A stretch of 64,000 nt of DNA from Hyphomicrobiaceae bacterium (GCA_041687075.1 JAWLCO010000006.1:243-64242), one strand, 5' to 3'. Positions 9,206 to 19,628 are shown, counted from the first letter of the stretch. Notes: a model not told the origin generated them from the sequence alone. Numbers and translations: made by a program.

Positions 9206-12200
9206 ATGAGACACGCCATGGCCAACCAGCTCGTAGCAGTGCATCCCGGCAACCTTGACGCTGCGCAGACGATCCCTCCGCGGGATGAGATCGCTGCTTA
9301 TCACCTGATGGAAGAGCACCGGCTCGTGGGAGCGCTGATCGAGCGGGCGATTTTTGCCGAGGACGAGCGGCGGCGCATCGCGGACCTGGCGCGGCGCTTC
9401 GTACACGCGGCGCGCGCGGGGCGGCAGAAGTATTCGGGTATCGACGCCTTCATGCTGGAGTACGGGCTGACCAGCGAGGAAGGCGTCATTCTGATGTGCC
9501 TTGCCGAAGCCCTGCTTCGTATTCCGGACACGGAGACGGCCGATCAGCTCATCGCCGAGAAGATCGGCGGCGGCCACTGGGAAAAGCACCTGGGCCATTC
9601 CGACAGCCTGTTCGTCAATGCCTCAACCTGGGGGCTGATGCTGACGGGACAGATCGTCAAGCTCCGTGATGTGAGGCGCGAGCGGCCGGCGAACCTGCTG
9701 AAGCGCATGGTGGTGCGTTCGGGTGAGCCGGTGATCCGGCAGGCCCTGCGGCAGGCCATGCGTGTCATGGGCAACCAGTTCGTGCTCGGCCGGACCATCA
9801 AGGAAGCGCTCGCCCGCGCCGCGCCGATGGAAGCCCGCGGCTATCGCTTCTCCTACGACATGCTGGGCGAGGCGGCGAAGACGGCGCGGGACGCGGAGCG
9901 GTATTTCGATCGCTACATGGTCGCCGTCGATGAGGTCGGCCGGAGCGCCGGGCCACTCGTCTCCGAGCACCCCGACGCGCTGATGGGGCGGCCGAACCTA
10001 TCGGTGAAGCTGTCCGCCATCCACCCGCGCTATGAGCCCGGCAAGGAGGCGCGGCTCGAGCGCGAGCTGCTTCCGCGCATTGTCGAGCTGGCCACGGCTG
10101 CCCGGGCGCGCGGCATCGCGGTGACCATCGACGCGGAGGAGCAGGACCGGCTCGATCTGTCGCTGGAGCTGTTTGCCCGTGCCCTCATCCATCCCAAGCT
10201 GGACGGCTGGCACGGCCTGGGCCTCGCGGTGCAGGCCTACGGCAGGCGTGCCATTCCGGTGCTGCGCTGGCTGAGGCGGCTTGCACATCGCACGGGCAAG
10301 CGCCTGCCCGTTCGCCTGGTGAAGGGCGCCTACTGGGACAGCGAGATTAAATGGGCGCAAGAACGGGGCTTTGCCGACTATCCCGTGTTCACGCGCAAGC
10401 TGCACACGGACGTGTCGTATCTCGCCTGCATGCGGCTGCTGCTCTCCGACCCGCAGGCGTTCTATCCGCAGTTCGCCACCCATAATGCGCATACGGTTGC
10501 CGCGGCCTTCGTCTCGGCCGGCGAGGCGCCCTACGAGTTCCAGCGCCTGCATGGCATGGGCGAGGCGCTCTATGAGGAGGTCGTCGGCGCAGCCAAGCTC
10601 AACCGGCCATGCCGCGTATACGCGCCCGTCGGCGGCCACGAGGACCTGCTCGCCTATCTCGTCCGGAGGCTCCTGGAGAACGGGGCCAACACGTCATTCG
10701 TGAACCGCCTCGCCGACGAGGAGGCGCCCGTTGCCGAGATCATCCGCGATCCCGTAGAGGCGGCCGAAAGCGAGCGCGAGCTGCCCGCCGAGGCACGCCA
10801 ACCTGCCATTCCGCAGCCGCGCGACATCTACGGCGCCGGCCGGCGCAACAGCCTCGGTCTGCCGCTGAGCGAGCCGACGGTGCGGTCTGCCTTGCAGGCG
10901 GAAATGGCGGAGGTGCTCGAGCAGCCCTTGGCCGTCGCCCCGATCATCAATGGCGAGACGCCATCGGGCGGCGAGGAGCTGGTCGCAGCCTCCCCGCATG
11001 ACCGCCGCCGCGAGCTCGGCACCATTCGACTGGCCAATGCGGAGATGGTCGAGGAGGCGATCGCCAGCGCCTGCGGAGCGGCCCGCGAATGGGATGCCCG
11101 CGGCGGGCCGGCGCGTGCCGAGATTCTGGAGAAGGCCGCGGATCTGCTCGAGCGGGACCGCGCGCAGCTGATGGCGGTGATCGTCGCTGAGGCCGGGAAG
11201 ACGCTGGAGAACGCGCAGGCCGATATTCGCGAGGCTGTCGACTTCCTCCGCTATTACGCGACCGAAGCGCGGCGGCTGTTCGCCGGTCCCACGGAGCTTC
11301 AGGGCCCCACGGGTGAGCGGAACACGCTGGAGCTCAGGGGCCGCGGACCGTTCGCCTGCATCAGCCCGTGGAATTTCCCGATCGCGATCTTCACGGGCCA
11401 GGTATCGGCGGCGCTTGCCGCGGGCAACCCGGTGCTGGCGAAACCGGCCGAGCAGACGCCCATGACGGCCTACGTCACCACGAAGCTCCTGCACGAGGCG
11501 GGCGTGCCGCCGAACGTGCTGCACCTGCTGCCGGGCGCAGGCGATGTCGGCGCGATGCTCGTCAAGGATGCGCGCGTGCAGGGGGTGGCCTTCACCGGCT
11601 CGAACGAGACCGCCTGGCACATTCAGCGGGCGCTGACCGACCGGCGCAGTGCGATCGTTCCGTTCATCGCCGAGACGGGCGGCATGAATGCGATGATCGT
11701 GGATTCGAGCGCCCTGCCGGAGCAGGTGGTGCGCGATGCAGTCCGCTCCGCCTTCGACAGCGCCGGGCAGCGGTGCTCGGCAGTGCGGGTGATGTTCGTT
11801 CAGGAGGACGTCGCCAACCGGGTCATCGACATGCTGGTGGGCGCGGTCGAGGAGCTCGATCTCGGCGACCCGTTCGACTATGCGACCGACCTCGGCCCGG
11901 TCATCGACGAGCAGGCCCAGGATACGCTCGATGCCCACAAGGCGCGGATGTATCGCGAGGCCAAGGTGCTGGCGGACCTGAAGCTGCCGGAGAGATGCCG
12001 GTACGGGACCTTCGTGACCCCGGCGGTATTCGAGATCGACCACATCGTCCGCCTCGAGCGCGAGGTGTTCGGGCCCATTCTGCACGTGATCCGCTACCCG
12101 CAGGGGCACCTCGACAAGGTGATCGATGCCGTCAACGCCACTGGCTACGGCCTGACGCTTGGTTTGCACAGCCGCATCGGAGCTGTCGCCGACTTCGTGG

Positions 12201-12439
12201 CTGAGCGCGCCCGCGTCGGCAATCTCTACGTCAACCGCAACCAGATCGGCGCGGTGGTCGGCGTGCAGCCATTCGGCGGCGAGGGCCTGTCGGGCACGGG
12301 GCCCAAGGCGGGAGGTCCCAACTACCTGCCGCGCTTCGCCACGGAGAGGGTACGCAGCACCGACATCACGGCGACCGGTGGCAACGTGCAGCTCTTGGGC
12401 CTCGGGCTCGATACGTCGCTCGCCACCCCGCGGCAGTGA
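9206..12439 (+). CDS. putA: Bifunctional proline dehydrogenase / L-glutamate gamma-semialdehyde dehydrogenase
   Basis: 1077 aa. The N-terminal half is PRODH-like (YRFSYDMLGEAA, VKGAYWDSEIK). The C-terminal half is an aldehyde dehydrogenase (FTGSNETA, ETGGMNAMIVD, SAGQRCSA). No N-terminal RHH DNA-binding domain is visible. Confidence 0.95.
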   Translation: MRHAMANQLVAVHPGNLDAAQTIPPRDEIAAYHLMEEHRLVGALIERAIFAEDERRRIADLARRFVHAARAGRQKYSGIDAFMLEYGLTSEEGVILMCLAEALLRIPDTETADQLIAEKIGGGHWEKHLGHSDSLFVNASTWGLMLTGQIVKLRDVRRERPANLLKRMVVRSGEPVIRQALRQAMRVMGNQFVLGRTIKEALARAAPMEARGYRFSYDMLGEAAKTARDAERYFDRYMVAVDEVGRSAGPLVSEHPDALMGRPNLSVKLSAIHPRYEPGKEARLERELLPRIVELATAARARGIAVTIDAEEQDRLDLSLELFARALIHPKLDGWHGLGLAVQAYGRRAIPVLRWLRRLAHRTGKRLPVRLVKGAYWDSEIKWAQERGFADYPVFTRKLHTDVSYLACMRLLLSDPQAFYPQFATHNAHTVAAAFVSAGEAPYEFQRLHGMGEALYEEVVGAAKLNRPCRVYAPVGGHEDLLAYLVRRLLENGANTSFVNRLADEEAPVAEIIRDPVEAAESERELPAEARQPAIPQPRDIYGAGRRNSLGLPLSEPTVRSALQAEMAEVLEQPLAVAPIINGETPSGGEELVAASPHDRRRELGTIRLANAEMVEEAIASACGAAREWDARGGPARAEILEKAADLLERDRAQLMAVIVAEAGKTLENAQADIREAVDFLRYYATEARRLFAGPTELQGPTGERNTLELRGRGPFACISPWNFPIAIFTGQVSAALAAGNPVLAKPAEQTPMTAYVTTKLLHEAGVPPNVLHLLPGAGDVGAMLVKDARVQGVAFTGSNETAWHIQRALTDRRSAIVPFIAETGGMNAMIVDSSALPEQVVRDAVRSAFDSAGQRCSAVRVMFVQEDVANRVIDMLVGAVEELDLGDPFDYATDLGPVIDEQAQDTLDAHKARMYREAKVLADLKLPERCRYGTFVTPAVFEIDHIVRLEREVFGPILHVIRYPQGHLDKVIDAVNATGYGLTLGLHSRIGAVADFVAERARVGNLYVNRNQIGAVVGVQPFGGEGLSGTGPKAGGPNYLPRFATERVRSTDITATGGNVQLLGLGLDTSLATPRQ

Positions 12440-12569
12440 GGTCGAGGCCACGCTGGCGCGGCCTCGATGTTGTGTGGAGGTCGCCCGAACGCCACCTATC
12501 AGAAGGGCGGTTAACCAGCTGTGCCCCGCGTGACTGCGGACCGGCTGTGAGCGGGTGATAGGATTGGCC

Positions 12570-13367
12570 ATGGTGAAGGATCGCAAGACGACAGAGGGGA
12601 CGGAGAGCGCCTCCAGGGTTCGGCCGTTTGCGACGGATGCACAGGGCAGGGCGCTGGATGAGCACCGCCAGGGCAAGCCGCCGGCGGACCGCTCCTCCGA
12701 TGGGGATGTCGCCCAGTTCATCGCCCGCATGAAGTCTCTCGCGCCGCAGGCCAAGGCGGGTCGCGGCCGGCTCATCTTCGCCATGGATGCCACCATGAGC
12801 CGCCAGCCGACCTGGGACATGGCGCTGGGCCTCCAGGCGGACATGTTCAAGGCGGTCAAGGAGGTCGGCGGGCTGGACGTGCAACTCGTCTACTTCCGCG
12901 GTGCTGGCGAATGTCGCGCGTCGAAGTGGGTTTCCGACCCCGAAGCGCTGGCGCGGTTGATGACCACCGTTTCCTGCCAGGGCGGCTACACCCAGATCCG
13001 CAAGGTGCTCACCCACGCACGCCAGGAGGCTGAGCGTCGACGCGTGAACGCCCTAATCTATGTCGGTGACTGTATGGAGGAGAGCATCGACGACCTCTGC
13101 GGCCGGGCTGGCGAGCTGGCCCTGCTGGGCGTCCCCGTCTTCCTGTTCCAGGAAGGCTACGATACGCGGGCCGAGCGGGCATTTCGCGAGATCGCCCGGC
13201 TGACGCGCGGCGCCTACTGCCGGTTCGACGCAGGCTCGGCGGCGCAGTTGCGTGAGCTGCTGTCAGCGGTTGCCGTCTATGCGGCCGGCGGGCGGACGGC
13301 GCTCGAGCGGCTGAGCCATCAGGGCGCAAGCCGGGGCGCGCAACTTCTGCTCACGCAGATGAAGTGA
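12570..13367 (+). CDS. von Willebrand factor A (VWA) domain protein
   Basis: MIDAS-like motif in LIFAMDATMSRQ, followed by an alpha/beta pattern (VQLVYFRG, ALIYVGDCMEE). Start chosen at the ATG after AGGA. Confidence 0.7.
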   Translation: MVKDRKTTEGTESASRVRPFATDAQGRALDEHRQGKPPADRSSDGDVAQFIARMKSLAPQAKAGRGRLIFAMDATMSRQPTWDMALGLQADMFKAVKEVGGLDVQLVYFRGAGECRASKWVSDPEALARLMTTVSCQGGYTQIRKVLTHARQEAERRRVNALIYVGDCMEESIDDLCGRAGELALLGVPVFLFQEGYDTRAERAFREIARLTRGAYCRFDAGSAAQLRELLSAVAVYAAGGRTALERLSHQGASRGAQLLLTQMK

Positions 13368-13383
13368 CGAGAGAACAGGGGGC

Positions 13384-14091
13384 ATGCAGTACTTCCTGCT
13401 CGGTGTGGCGGCGCTGTTGCTGGTGCTGTTGGCACTGCGCGGCTTCACCCGGGCCAACGTCAGCATCGTCGCGCGCCAGATCCGCATCGTCATGGGTTTC
13501 GTGGCGCTGGCCGCTGCTGGTGCGCTGACGTTCCGGGGGCTTTTGTCCTGGGCGACGCCGCTCGCCATGTTCGGGCTGTGGATGCTGTTTGGTGGCGGCG
13601 GGGCGCCGCTGGGCCAGCCCAGCAAGTCTCCGGGTCAGAGCTCGCGAGTGGTGACGGACTACCTGGAGATGGAGCTCGACCACGATACCGGCGCCATGCA
13701 CGGCCGCATCCTCCAGGGCAGCTTTGCGGGCCGGGAGATCGAGAGCATGAGCCCGGCAGAGCTGGCGATGCTCTGGCAGGAGTGCCAGTTCAGCGATGTG
13801 CAATCCGCGCAGATCATCGAGGCGTATCTCGACAGCATTCACCCCACGTGGCGGGACGACATGGCACGCGGGGGTGCCGGCGGCACCGGGTCCGGGGCGG
13901 AGACGGCCTACGGCGGGAGAATGACGCGAGAGGAGGCTTACGAGGTGCTGGGCCTCGCGCCCGGCGCCAGTGAGGAAGAGATCCGGCGCGCTCACAAGGA
14001 GCTGATGCTGAAGCTGCACCCGGACCGCGGCGGCTCAGGTTACCTCGCGGCGAAGATCAACCTGGCGAAAGAGGTGCTGCTGGCGAAGTAG
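13384..14091 (+). CDS. Membrane-anchored J-domain (DnaJ-like) protein
   Basis: Two N-terminal hydrophobic helices. The C-terminal J domain reads EEAYEVLGLAPGASEEEIRRAHKELMLKLHPDRGG, including the HPD motif. Confidence 0.8.
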   Translation: MQYFLLGVAALLLVLLALRGFTRANVSIVARQIRIVMGFVALAAAGALTFRGLLSWATPLAMFGLWMLFGGGGAPLGQPSKSPGQSSRVVTDYLEMELDHDTGAMHGRILQGSFAGREIESMSPAELAMLWQECQFSDVQSAQIIEAYLDSIHPTWRDDMARGGAGGTGSGAETAYGGRMTREEAYEVLGLAPGASEEEIRRAHKELMLKLHPDRGGSGYLAAKINLAKEVLLAK

Positions 14092-14134
14092 CGTTCATGA
14101 GATCGCGGAATGGTGAAATCGAGAGCTGGACCAC

Positions 14135-14180
14135 CGACTTCACGACTTCACGACTTCACGATTTCACGACTTCACGACTC
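14135..14180. repeat. Tandem octamer array, CGACTTCA x5.5
   Basis: Units read CGACTTCA CGACTTCA CGACTTCA CGATTTCA CGACTTCA CGACTC. The array ends exactly at the stop codon (14181-14183) of the convergent carboxypeptidase gene. Confidence 0.85.
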
Positions 14181-15782
14181 CTACTCCCCCTTCGCAACGA
14201 AACAGTCGATACTCCGGCGGCGCAGCTCCGCGCAGGTGCTTCGTGCCGCAGAAGAGTCGAACCCGGCAAAACGCGCTCGATAGAGCTGCCGCTTCCCGGT
14301 CTTGACCGGAACGGTCAGCGGGGAGGCCTCGGCAAGCAGTCCTGACGCGCGCTCCAGGGCGGCGACGAGGGCCTTCTTCGCTTCGGCGGCTGTCGTGTAG
14401 GCGCCGACCTGCACCTGGTAGACGCTATCTGCGGCCGACTTTGACGCAGCAGGCGCAGCGGCCGGTTTCTCATCACCTGGTACGGCAGCTTGTATCCCCG
14501 ATCCGGGCGTTTCGACTCCTGTCAGCGCGGAGCTGTCGACGAAGGAAACGCGCTGCACGACGGATTGCCCACGTGCCAGCGCCTCGGCCTGATCCTGCAG
14601 CGTTGAGGGCTTCCTGCCGAGCGCCATGGCCCCCGGAGGCCGTCTGTCCGCAATCGGGCCCGTAGTCGAGGCCTCGACCAGAACGGGCTCGTCCACCGGC
14701 GCGGACTTGGGAGCGATATCGACCGGACGCACCTTGGCGATCGAAATGGCCGGCGCTGGCGACCTGGGCGCGGCCGCTTCAGCCGGCTCCACCGCGCGCG
14801 CCGGAACCGGAGGAACGGCGCTCGCCGTCGCGATTGGCGGCCTGTTGTCCGCACTTGCCGTTGGCGTCGGTTCCGGCCGCTTTGCAGGCGCCGGTGGCGT
14901 CACGCGGTAGAACGATACCGGGGCCGGCTTGCGGGTCTTCTTCTTCGAGGCCTTGGCGATCGTACGATTGAGCAGCGCCCGCATCTCCGCGTTGCGGCTG
15001 GCGGCTGTCCTGCCACCGAACACGACCGCCACGACGTGCTTGCCGCCCCGCTGTACCGAGTTCACCACGTTGAAGCCGGACATGCGGATATAGCCGGTCT
15101 TCAGCCCATCGGTGCCGGGATAGGTCCTGAGCAGCGCATTATGGTTACGGTACGACCGGCCGCGGTACTTGAATACCCGCGTCGAGAAGAAGTGGTAATG
15201 CTGCGGGAAGTCGTCCTGCAGGTGCAGCGCCAGCGTCAGCATGTCCCGCGCCGTCGTGACCTGCTCGACGTCGGGCAGGCCGGAGGCATTGCGGAACGTG
15301 CTCTTTGACATGCCGAGCAGCCGAGCCTTCTCGGTCATCATCTTGGCGAAGTTGACCTCGGTGCCGCCGATGTGCTCGCCGACGGCTCTGGCAACATCAT
15401 TGGCCGACTTGGTGACCAGCGCCCGGATCGCGTCACGGACAGTAATCTCCTCGCCTTCCTTGAGCCCCAGCTTGGAAGGCGGAGCCATGGCGCCCCACTT
15501 GGTCATCCTGATTTTTGTATCGAGCGAAAGCCGGCCGCTCTCGATCTCCTCGAAGACCATGTAAAGCGTCATCATCTTGGTGAGCGAGGCCGGGTGGCGC
15601 AGTGCATCCGCATTCGATGCATGCAGAACCTTGCCCGTGTTGGCGTCGATCACCATCGAGGCCCGGCGCGCCTTGGCCGAGGCTTCCGTCGGCAAAGATA
15701 TTGCAAGAAACAGCGCGGCCAGCAGGCAGAAACAGGCCTGCACGTGCCGCCAGTAGCGATTGGACTTTTCAAGCCGCATCAA
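14181..15782 (-). CDS. D-alanyl-D-alanine carboxypeptidase (S11 PBP) with C-terminal SPOR domain
   Basis: Signal peptide present. SxxK in PASLTKMMT, SxN-like TKSAND, KTG in GLKTGY. A long Pro/Ala linker leads to a SPOR-like end (YQVQVGAYTTAAEAKKAL...YRARFAGF). Confidence 0.85.
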   Translation of the reverse strand: MMRLEKSNRYWRHVQACFCLLAALFLAISLPTEASAKARRASMVIDANTGKVLHASNADALRHPASLTKMMTLYMVFEEIESGRLSLDTKIRMTKWGAMAPPSKLGLKEGEEITVRDAIRALVTKSANDVARAVGEHIGGTEVNFAKMMTEKARLLGMSKSTFRNASGLPDVEQVTTARDMLTLALHLQDDFPQHYHFFSTRVFKYRGRSYRNHNALLRTYPGTDGLKTGYIRMSGFNVVNSVQRGGKHVVAVVFGGRTAASRNAEMRALLNRTIAKASKKKTRKPAPVSFYRVTPPAPAKRPEPTPTASADNRPPIATASAVPPVPARAVEPAEAAAPRSPAPAISIAKVRPVDIAPKSAPVDEPVLVEASTTGPIADRRPPGAMALGRKPSTLQDQAEALARGQSVVQRVSFVDSSALTGVETPGSGIQAAVPGDEKPAAAPAASKSAADSVYQVQVGAYTTAAEAKKALVAALERASGLLAEASPLTVPVKTGKRQLYRARFAGFDSSAARSTCAELRRRSIDCFVAKGE

Positions 15783-16138
15783 GTACTCACCACATGGATC
15801 CGGGCGGCCGCGGCATCCGTCTCATCGTGCCGCTCGCGAGTGTCGGCCGGGGATCCTGAAGACCGCCACACCTCCACCTGCGCCGCAGTTGCTCTCTTGT
15901 TCCTCACCGAAACAGCGGTTTTTGGCACCTTTGCGGCGTTCAGTCGGCCACCGAACCGGGGCGCCTTCAGCCTCGGGGGAGATTAAGGGGAGGGGACTAG
16001 GAACTGGTTAATGGACTGCCAGCCGTGGTTGCAGCTTTGTCGGGTATCCGACTTGACGTGGTAGATGACAGGCGTATCTTGTGCGGTGCAAACTCGCGAT
16101 GCTGCCCCCCGCAGCCCGCTCGCACACAGGATTGCGTC

Positions 16139-16453
16139 ATGATCAACAATATGGACGTACAGAAGCTCGGTCAGGAGAATCTGGATCGAGCCATGCGCCT
16201 GTTGGGAGACTGGAACAGGAACTGGCAGGCAATTGCCGCCGAGATGACCGATTACAGCAAGCGCTCTTTCGAGCAGAGCACCAAGACACTCGAAAAGCTG
16301 CTGGCCGCAAAGAGCATGGAACAGGCGATCGAGATTCAGACCAGTTATGCTAAACGTGCCTACGATGAGTACATGCAGCAGATGAACAAGCTCGGCGGGA
16401 TGTATGCCAATCTCGCGAAGGAGGCCTACAAGCCGCTGGACACGGGGAACTGA
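16139..16453 (+). CDS. phaP: Phasin family (PHA granule-associated) protein
   Basis: 104 aa, helical and low in Cys: MINNMDVQKLGQENLDRAMRLLGDWNRNWQAIAAEMTDYSKRSFEQSTKTLEKLLAAKSMEQAIEIQTSYAKRAYDEY. Internal ATG chosen; the upstream part of the ORF is Arg/Cys-rich junk. Confidence 0.8.
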   Translation: MINNMDVQKLGQENLDRAMRLLGDWNRNWQAIAAEMTDYSKRSFEQSTKTLEKLLAAKSMEQAIEIQTSYAKRAYDEYMQQMNKLGGMYANLAKEAYKPLDTGN

Positions 16454-16505
16454 GCACCCCACGTTGGGGGGACATGCAGTCGTCGCGTTTCGTTGAACGG
16501 CTGAC

Positions 16506-16535
16506 AGGCTCGGGCATATGACCGGGCCTTTTTTG
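16506..16535 (+). terminator. Rho-independent terminator after the phasin gene
   Basis: AGGCTCGG-gcatatga-CCGGGCCT forms an 8-bp stem including one G.U pair, followed by TTTTTTG. Confidence 0.7.
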
Positions 16536-16715
16536 CGTCGCGTTTCCGGCGATTGATCGGAAGCGGATGGATCGTTTCGGCGCAAAATCGCGTATAATGA
16601 TCGTGACCCGGGGGGTTGCCGCGCCGGAAACGTCGCGTAACTTAAATCCTGGAACCTGAGAACTCGATTGGCGAACTTGGCAGGGGACGCTTCAGACGCG
16701 GAGCGTGTGGAGCAG

Positions 16716-17069
16716 ATGACGAAGTTGATGGCTATGGCGGGGAACAACGGACCGGATAGGGGCAGCGAGGAGGACGGCCGTACTGGCCTCGTCACGAAAA
16801 CCCGGCCCAAGACGAAGCGGCCGCACCTCTACAAGGTGTTGCTGCTCAACGATGATTACACGCCGATGGAGTTCGTCGTGCATGTGCTCGAAAGGTTCTT
16901 CAACAAGGGGCGGGAAGAAGCGACCCGCATCATGCTCCACGTCCACCACAAGGGCGTCGGGATGTGCGGTGTCTACACGTATGAAGTGGCAGAGACCAAG
17001 GTGACGCAGGTCATGGATTTCTCGCGTCAGCATGGCCATCCTCTTCAATGCACCATGGAGAAGGAGTAG
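16716..17069 (+). CDS. clpS: ATP-dependent Clp protease adaptor ClpS
   Basis: Core sequence [57 protein letters not shown]. The start is ambiguous (TTG 16668 or ATG 16716). Confidence 0.9.
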   Translation: MTKLMAMAGNNGPDRGSEEDGRTGLVTKTRPKTKRPHLYKVLLLNDDYTPMEFVVHVLERFFNKGREEATRIMLHVHHKGVGMCGVYTYEVAETKVTQVMDFSRQHGHPLQCTMEKE

Positions 17070-17076
17070 GTTCCCC

Positions 17077-19527
17077 TTGCCATCGTTTTCACAGAGTCTC
17101 GAAGCGGCGCTGCACAGGGCGCTGGAGTACGCCAACGAGCGCAAGCACGAGTACGCGACGCTCGAGCATCTTCTGCTGGCGCTGATCGACGATCGCGATG
17201 CGGCGGGCGTCATGCGCGCCTGCAACGTGGACATCGACGCGCTGCGCGGCCGCGTCACTGAGTATCTGGATACCGAACTCGGGTCGCTGCAGGTGGCCGG
17301 GCCATCGGAGGCCCAGCCGACCACGGGCTTCCAGCGGGTGATCCATCGCGCCGTGGTGCATGTGCAGTCCTCGGGGCGCGAGGAGGTGACCGGCGCCAAC
17401 GTGCTCGTCGCCATCTTCGCCGAGCGGGAGAGCCATGCTGCGTTCTTCCTGCAGGAGCAGGAGATGACGCGGTTCGATGCCGTGCAGTACATCAGCCACG
17501 GTATCGCCAAGCGGCCCGGCATGTCCGATCCTCGGCCGGCCCGCGGCGTGGATGAGGACACGACCGAGGGCGACGGCAGCAAGAAGCCCGGTGCCGATGC
17601 GCTCAACACCTATTGCGTCAACCTCAACAAGAAGGCGCGCGAGGGCCGCATCGATCCGCTGATCGGCCGCGAAGCGGAAGTGCTGCGCACGATCCAGGTG
17701 CTCTGCCGGCGTCAGAAGAACAATCCGCTGTTCGTCGGTGATCCGGGCGTCGGCAAGACCGCCATCGCCGAGGGCCTAGCCCGCAAGATCATCCGCGGCG
17801 AGGTGCCGGACGTCCTCAAGAACGCGACCATCTTCGCGCTCGACATGGGCGCGCTGCTCGCAGGCACCCGCTATCGCGGCGACTTCGAGGAGCGGCTCAA
17901 GGCCGTCATGAAGGAGGTCGAGAACTATCCCGGCGCGATCCTCTTCATCGACGAGATCCACACCGTCATCGGTGCGGGTGCGACCTCGGGCGGCGCCATG
18001 GACGCCTCGAACCTGCTGAAGCCGGCCCTGCAGTCGGGCACGGTGCGCTGCATCGGCTCGACCACCTACAAGGAGTACCGGCAGCATTTCGAGAAGGACC
18101 GGGCTCTGGTCCGGCGCTTCCAGAAGATCGACGTGAAGGAGCCCACGATCGAGGACTCGATCGAGATCCTGAAGGGCCTCAAGCCGTACTTCGAGGAGTA
18201 CCACAAGCTCAAGTACACCAACGACGCGATCAAGGCGGCCGTCGAGCTGTCGGCCAAGTACCTTCATGACCGCAAGCTGCCCGACAAGGCGATCGACGTG
18301 ATCGACGAGACGGGCGCCTCGCAGATGCTGGTGCCCGAGGGCAAGCGCAAGAAGAAGATCACCGTCAAGGAGGTGGAGGCGACCGTCGCCACGATGGCCC
18401 GCATCCCGCCGAAGACGATCACGAAGAGCGACGCGGAGGTGCTCGGCAATCTTCAGCGCGATCTGAAGCGGCTGGTGTTCGGCCAGGACCGGGCCATCGA
18501 GGCACTGTCGTCGGCGATCAAGCTCGCCCGCGCAGGCCTCAGGGAGCCGGAGAAGCCGATCGGCTCCTACCTGTTCTCAGGGCCGACGGGCGTCGGCAAG
18601 ACCGAGGTGGCCAAGCAGTTGGCGAACCTCATGGGCGTCGAGCTGTTGCGCTTCGACATGTCCGAGTACATGGAGAAGCACACGGTCTCGCGGCTCATCG
18701 GTGCGCCGCCGGGCTATGTCGGCTTCGACCAGGGTGGTCTGCTGACCGACGGTGTCGATCAGCATCCGCACAGCGTCCTGCTGCTGGACGAGATCGAGAA
18801 GGCGCATCCCGATCTCTTCAACATCCTCCTGCAGGTGATGGACCACGGCAAGCTGACCGACCACAACGGCAAGCAGGTCGACTTCCGCAACGTCATCCTG
18901 ATCATGACGACGAACGCGGGCGCCAGCGATCTGGCGAAAGCTCCCATGGGCTTCAACCGGGCAAGGCGCGAAGGCGAGGACACGGAGGCGATCAACAAGC
19001 TGTTCACGCCTGAGTTCCGCAACCGTCTCGACGCGGTCATCCCGTTTTCTGGGCTGCCGCCCGAGGTCATCTTCAAGGTGGTGGAGAAGTTCATCTTCCA
19101 GCTCGAGGCGCAGCTCGCAGACCGGGGGGTCACCATCGAGCTGTCGGAGGCGGCGACCAAGTGGCTGGCCGAGAAGGGTTACGACGACAAGTTCGGCGCC
19201 CGTCCGCTGGCCCGCATCATCCAGGAGTACATCAAGAAGCCGCTGGCCGACGAGCTCCTGTTCGGCAAGCTGGAGCATGGTGGCACAGTCAAGGTGCTGG
19301 TGACCGGCGAAGGCGCCGAGCAGAAGCTCGACTTCGAGATCATCCCCGGCGAGCCCAAGCCTCCGAAGTCCAAGGACGAGGACGACGGCGACGAGGACAC
19401 CGAGGACGAGGGCGAGAAGGCTCTCATCGAGGCCGCGGCACCCCGCAAGGCGTTGCCGGGACCGAAGGAGAAGCGCGAGCGCAAGACCACCGGCACCGTT
19501 CCGACGGTGCCGAAGAAGTCGGAGTGA
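17077..19527 (+). CDS. clpA: ATP-dependent Clp protease ATP-binding subunit ClpA
   Basis: Two AAA+ modules ([15 protein letters not shown]; [15 protein letters not shown]) and a Clp_N domain. Start placed at TTG 17077 after GGAGAAGGAG, giving [12 protein letters not shown]. Confidence 0.95.
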   Translation: MPSFSQSLEAALHRALEYANERKHEYATLEHLLLALIDDRDAAGVMRACNVDIDALRGRVTEYLDTELGSLQVAGPSEAQPTTGFQRVIHRAVVHVQSSGREEVTGANVLVAIFAERESHAAFFLQEQEMTRFDAVQYISHGIAKRPGMSDPRPARGVDEDTTEGDGSKKPGADALNTYCVNLNKKAREGRIDPLIGREAEVLRTIQVLCRRQKNNPLFVGDPGVGKTAIAEGLARKIIRGEVPDVLKNATIFALDMGALLAGTRYRGDFEERLKAVMKEVENYPGAILFIDEIHTVIGAGATSGGAMDASNLLKPALQSGTVRCIGSTTYKEYRQHFEKDRALVRRFQKIDVKEPTIEDSIEILKGLKPYFEEYHKLKYTNDAIKAAVELSAKYLHDRKLPDKAIDVIDETGASQMLVPEGKRKKKITVKEVEATVATMARIPPKTITKSDAEVLGNLQRDLKRLVFGQDRAIEALSSAIKLARAGLREPEKPIGSYLFSGPTGVGKTEVAKQLANLMGVELLRFDMSEYMEKHTVSRLIGAPPGYVGFDQGGLLTDGVDQHPHSVLLLDEIEKAHPDLFNILLQVMDHGKLTDHNGKQVDFRNVILIMTTNAGASDLAKAPMGFNRARREGEDTEAINKLFTPEFRNRLDAVIPFSGLPPEVIFKVVEKFIFQLEAQLADRGVTIELSEAATKWLAEKGYDDKFGARPLARIIQEYIKKPLADELLFGKLEHGGTVKVLVTGEGAEQKLDFEIIPGEPKPPKSKDEDDGDEDTEDEGEKALIEAAAPRKALPGPKEKRERKTTGTVPTVPKKSE

Positions 19528-19537
19528 TGGGGAATGA

Positions 19538-19628
19538 GCGAATAGCGAGTAGCGAGTAGCGAATAGGGTATTCCCGGCGGATCGAGGCTCGAAGCTCCCT
19601 ATTCGCCATTCGCTATTTCGCTATTCGC
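19538..19628. repeat. Heptamer-array palindrome, copy 1
   Basis: Left arm GCGAATAG CGAGTAG CGAGTAG CGAATAG GG, then a 28-nt spacer, then right arm CC CTATTCG CCATTCG CTATTTCG CTATTCG C. It lies between the clpA stop and the convergent oxidoreductase, whose stop codon it overlaps. Confidence 0.85.

Noticed and set aside
10694-12859. 721-aa minus-strand ORF
   Set aside because: It lies antisense to putA. The composition is Arg/Gly/Ala-rich with no motifs. It is a typical shadow ORF caused by high GC3 on the true coding strand.
14135-14180. CRISPR array (also considered for the heptamer arrays at 19538, 39622 and 45006)
   Set aside because: The repeat units are only 7-8 bp and directly abut each other without spacers. 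No cas genes are present in the window.
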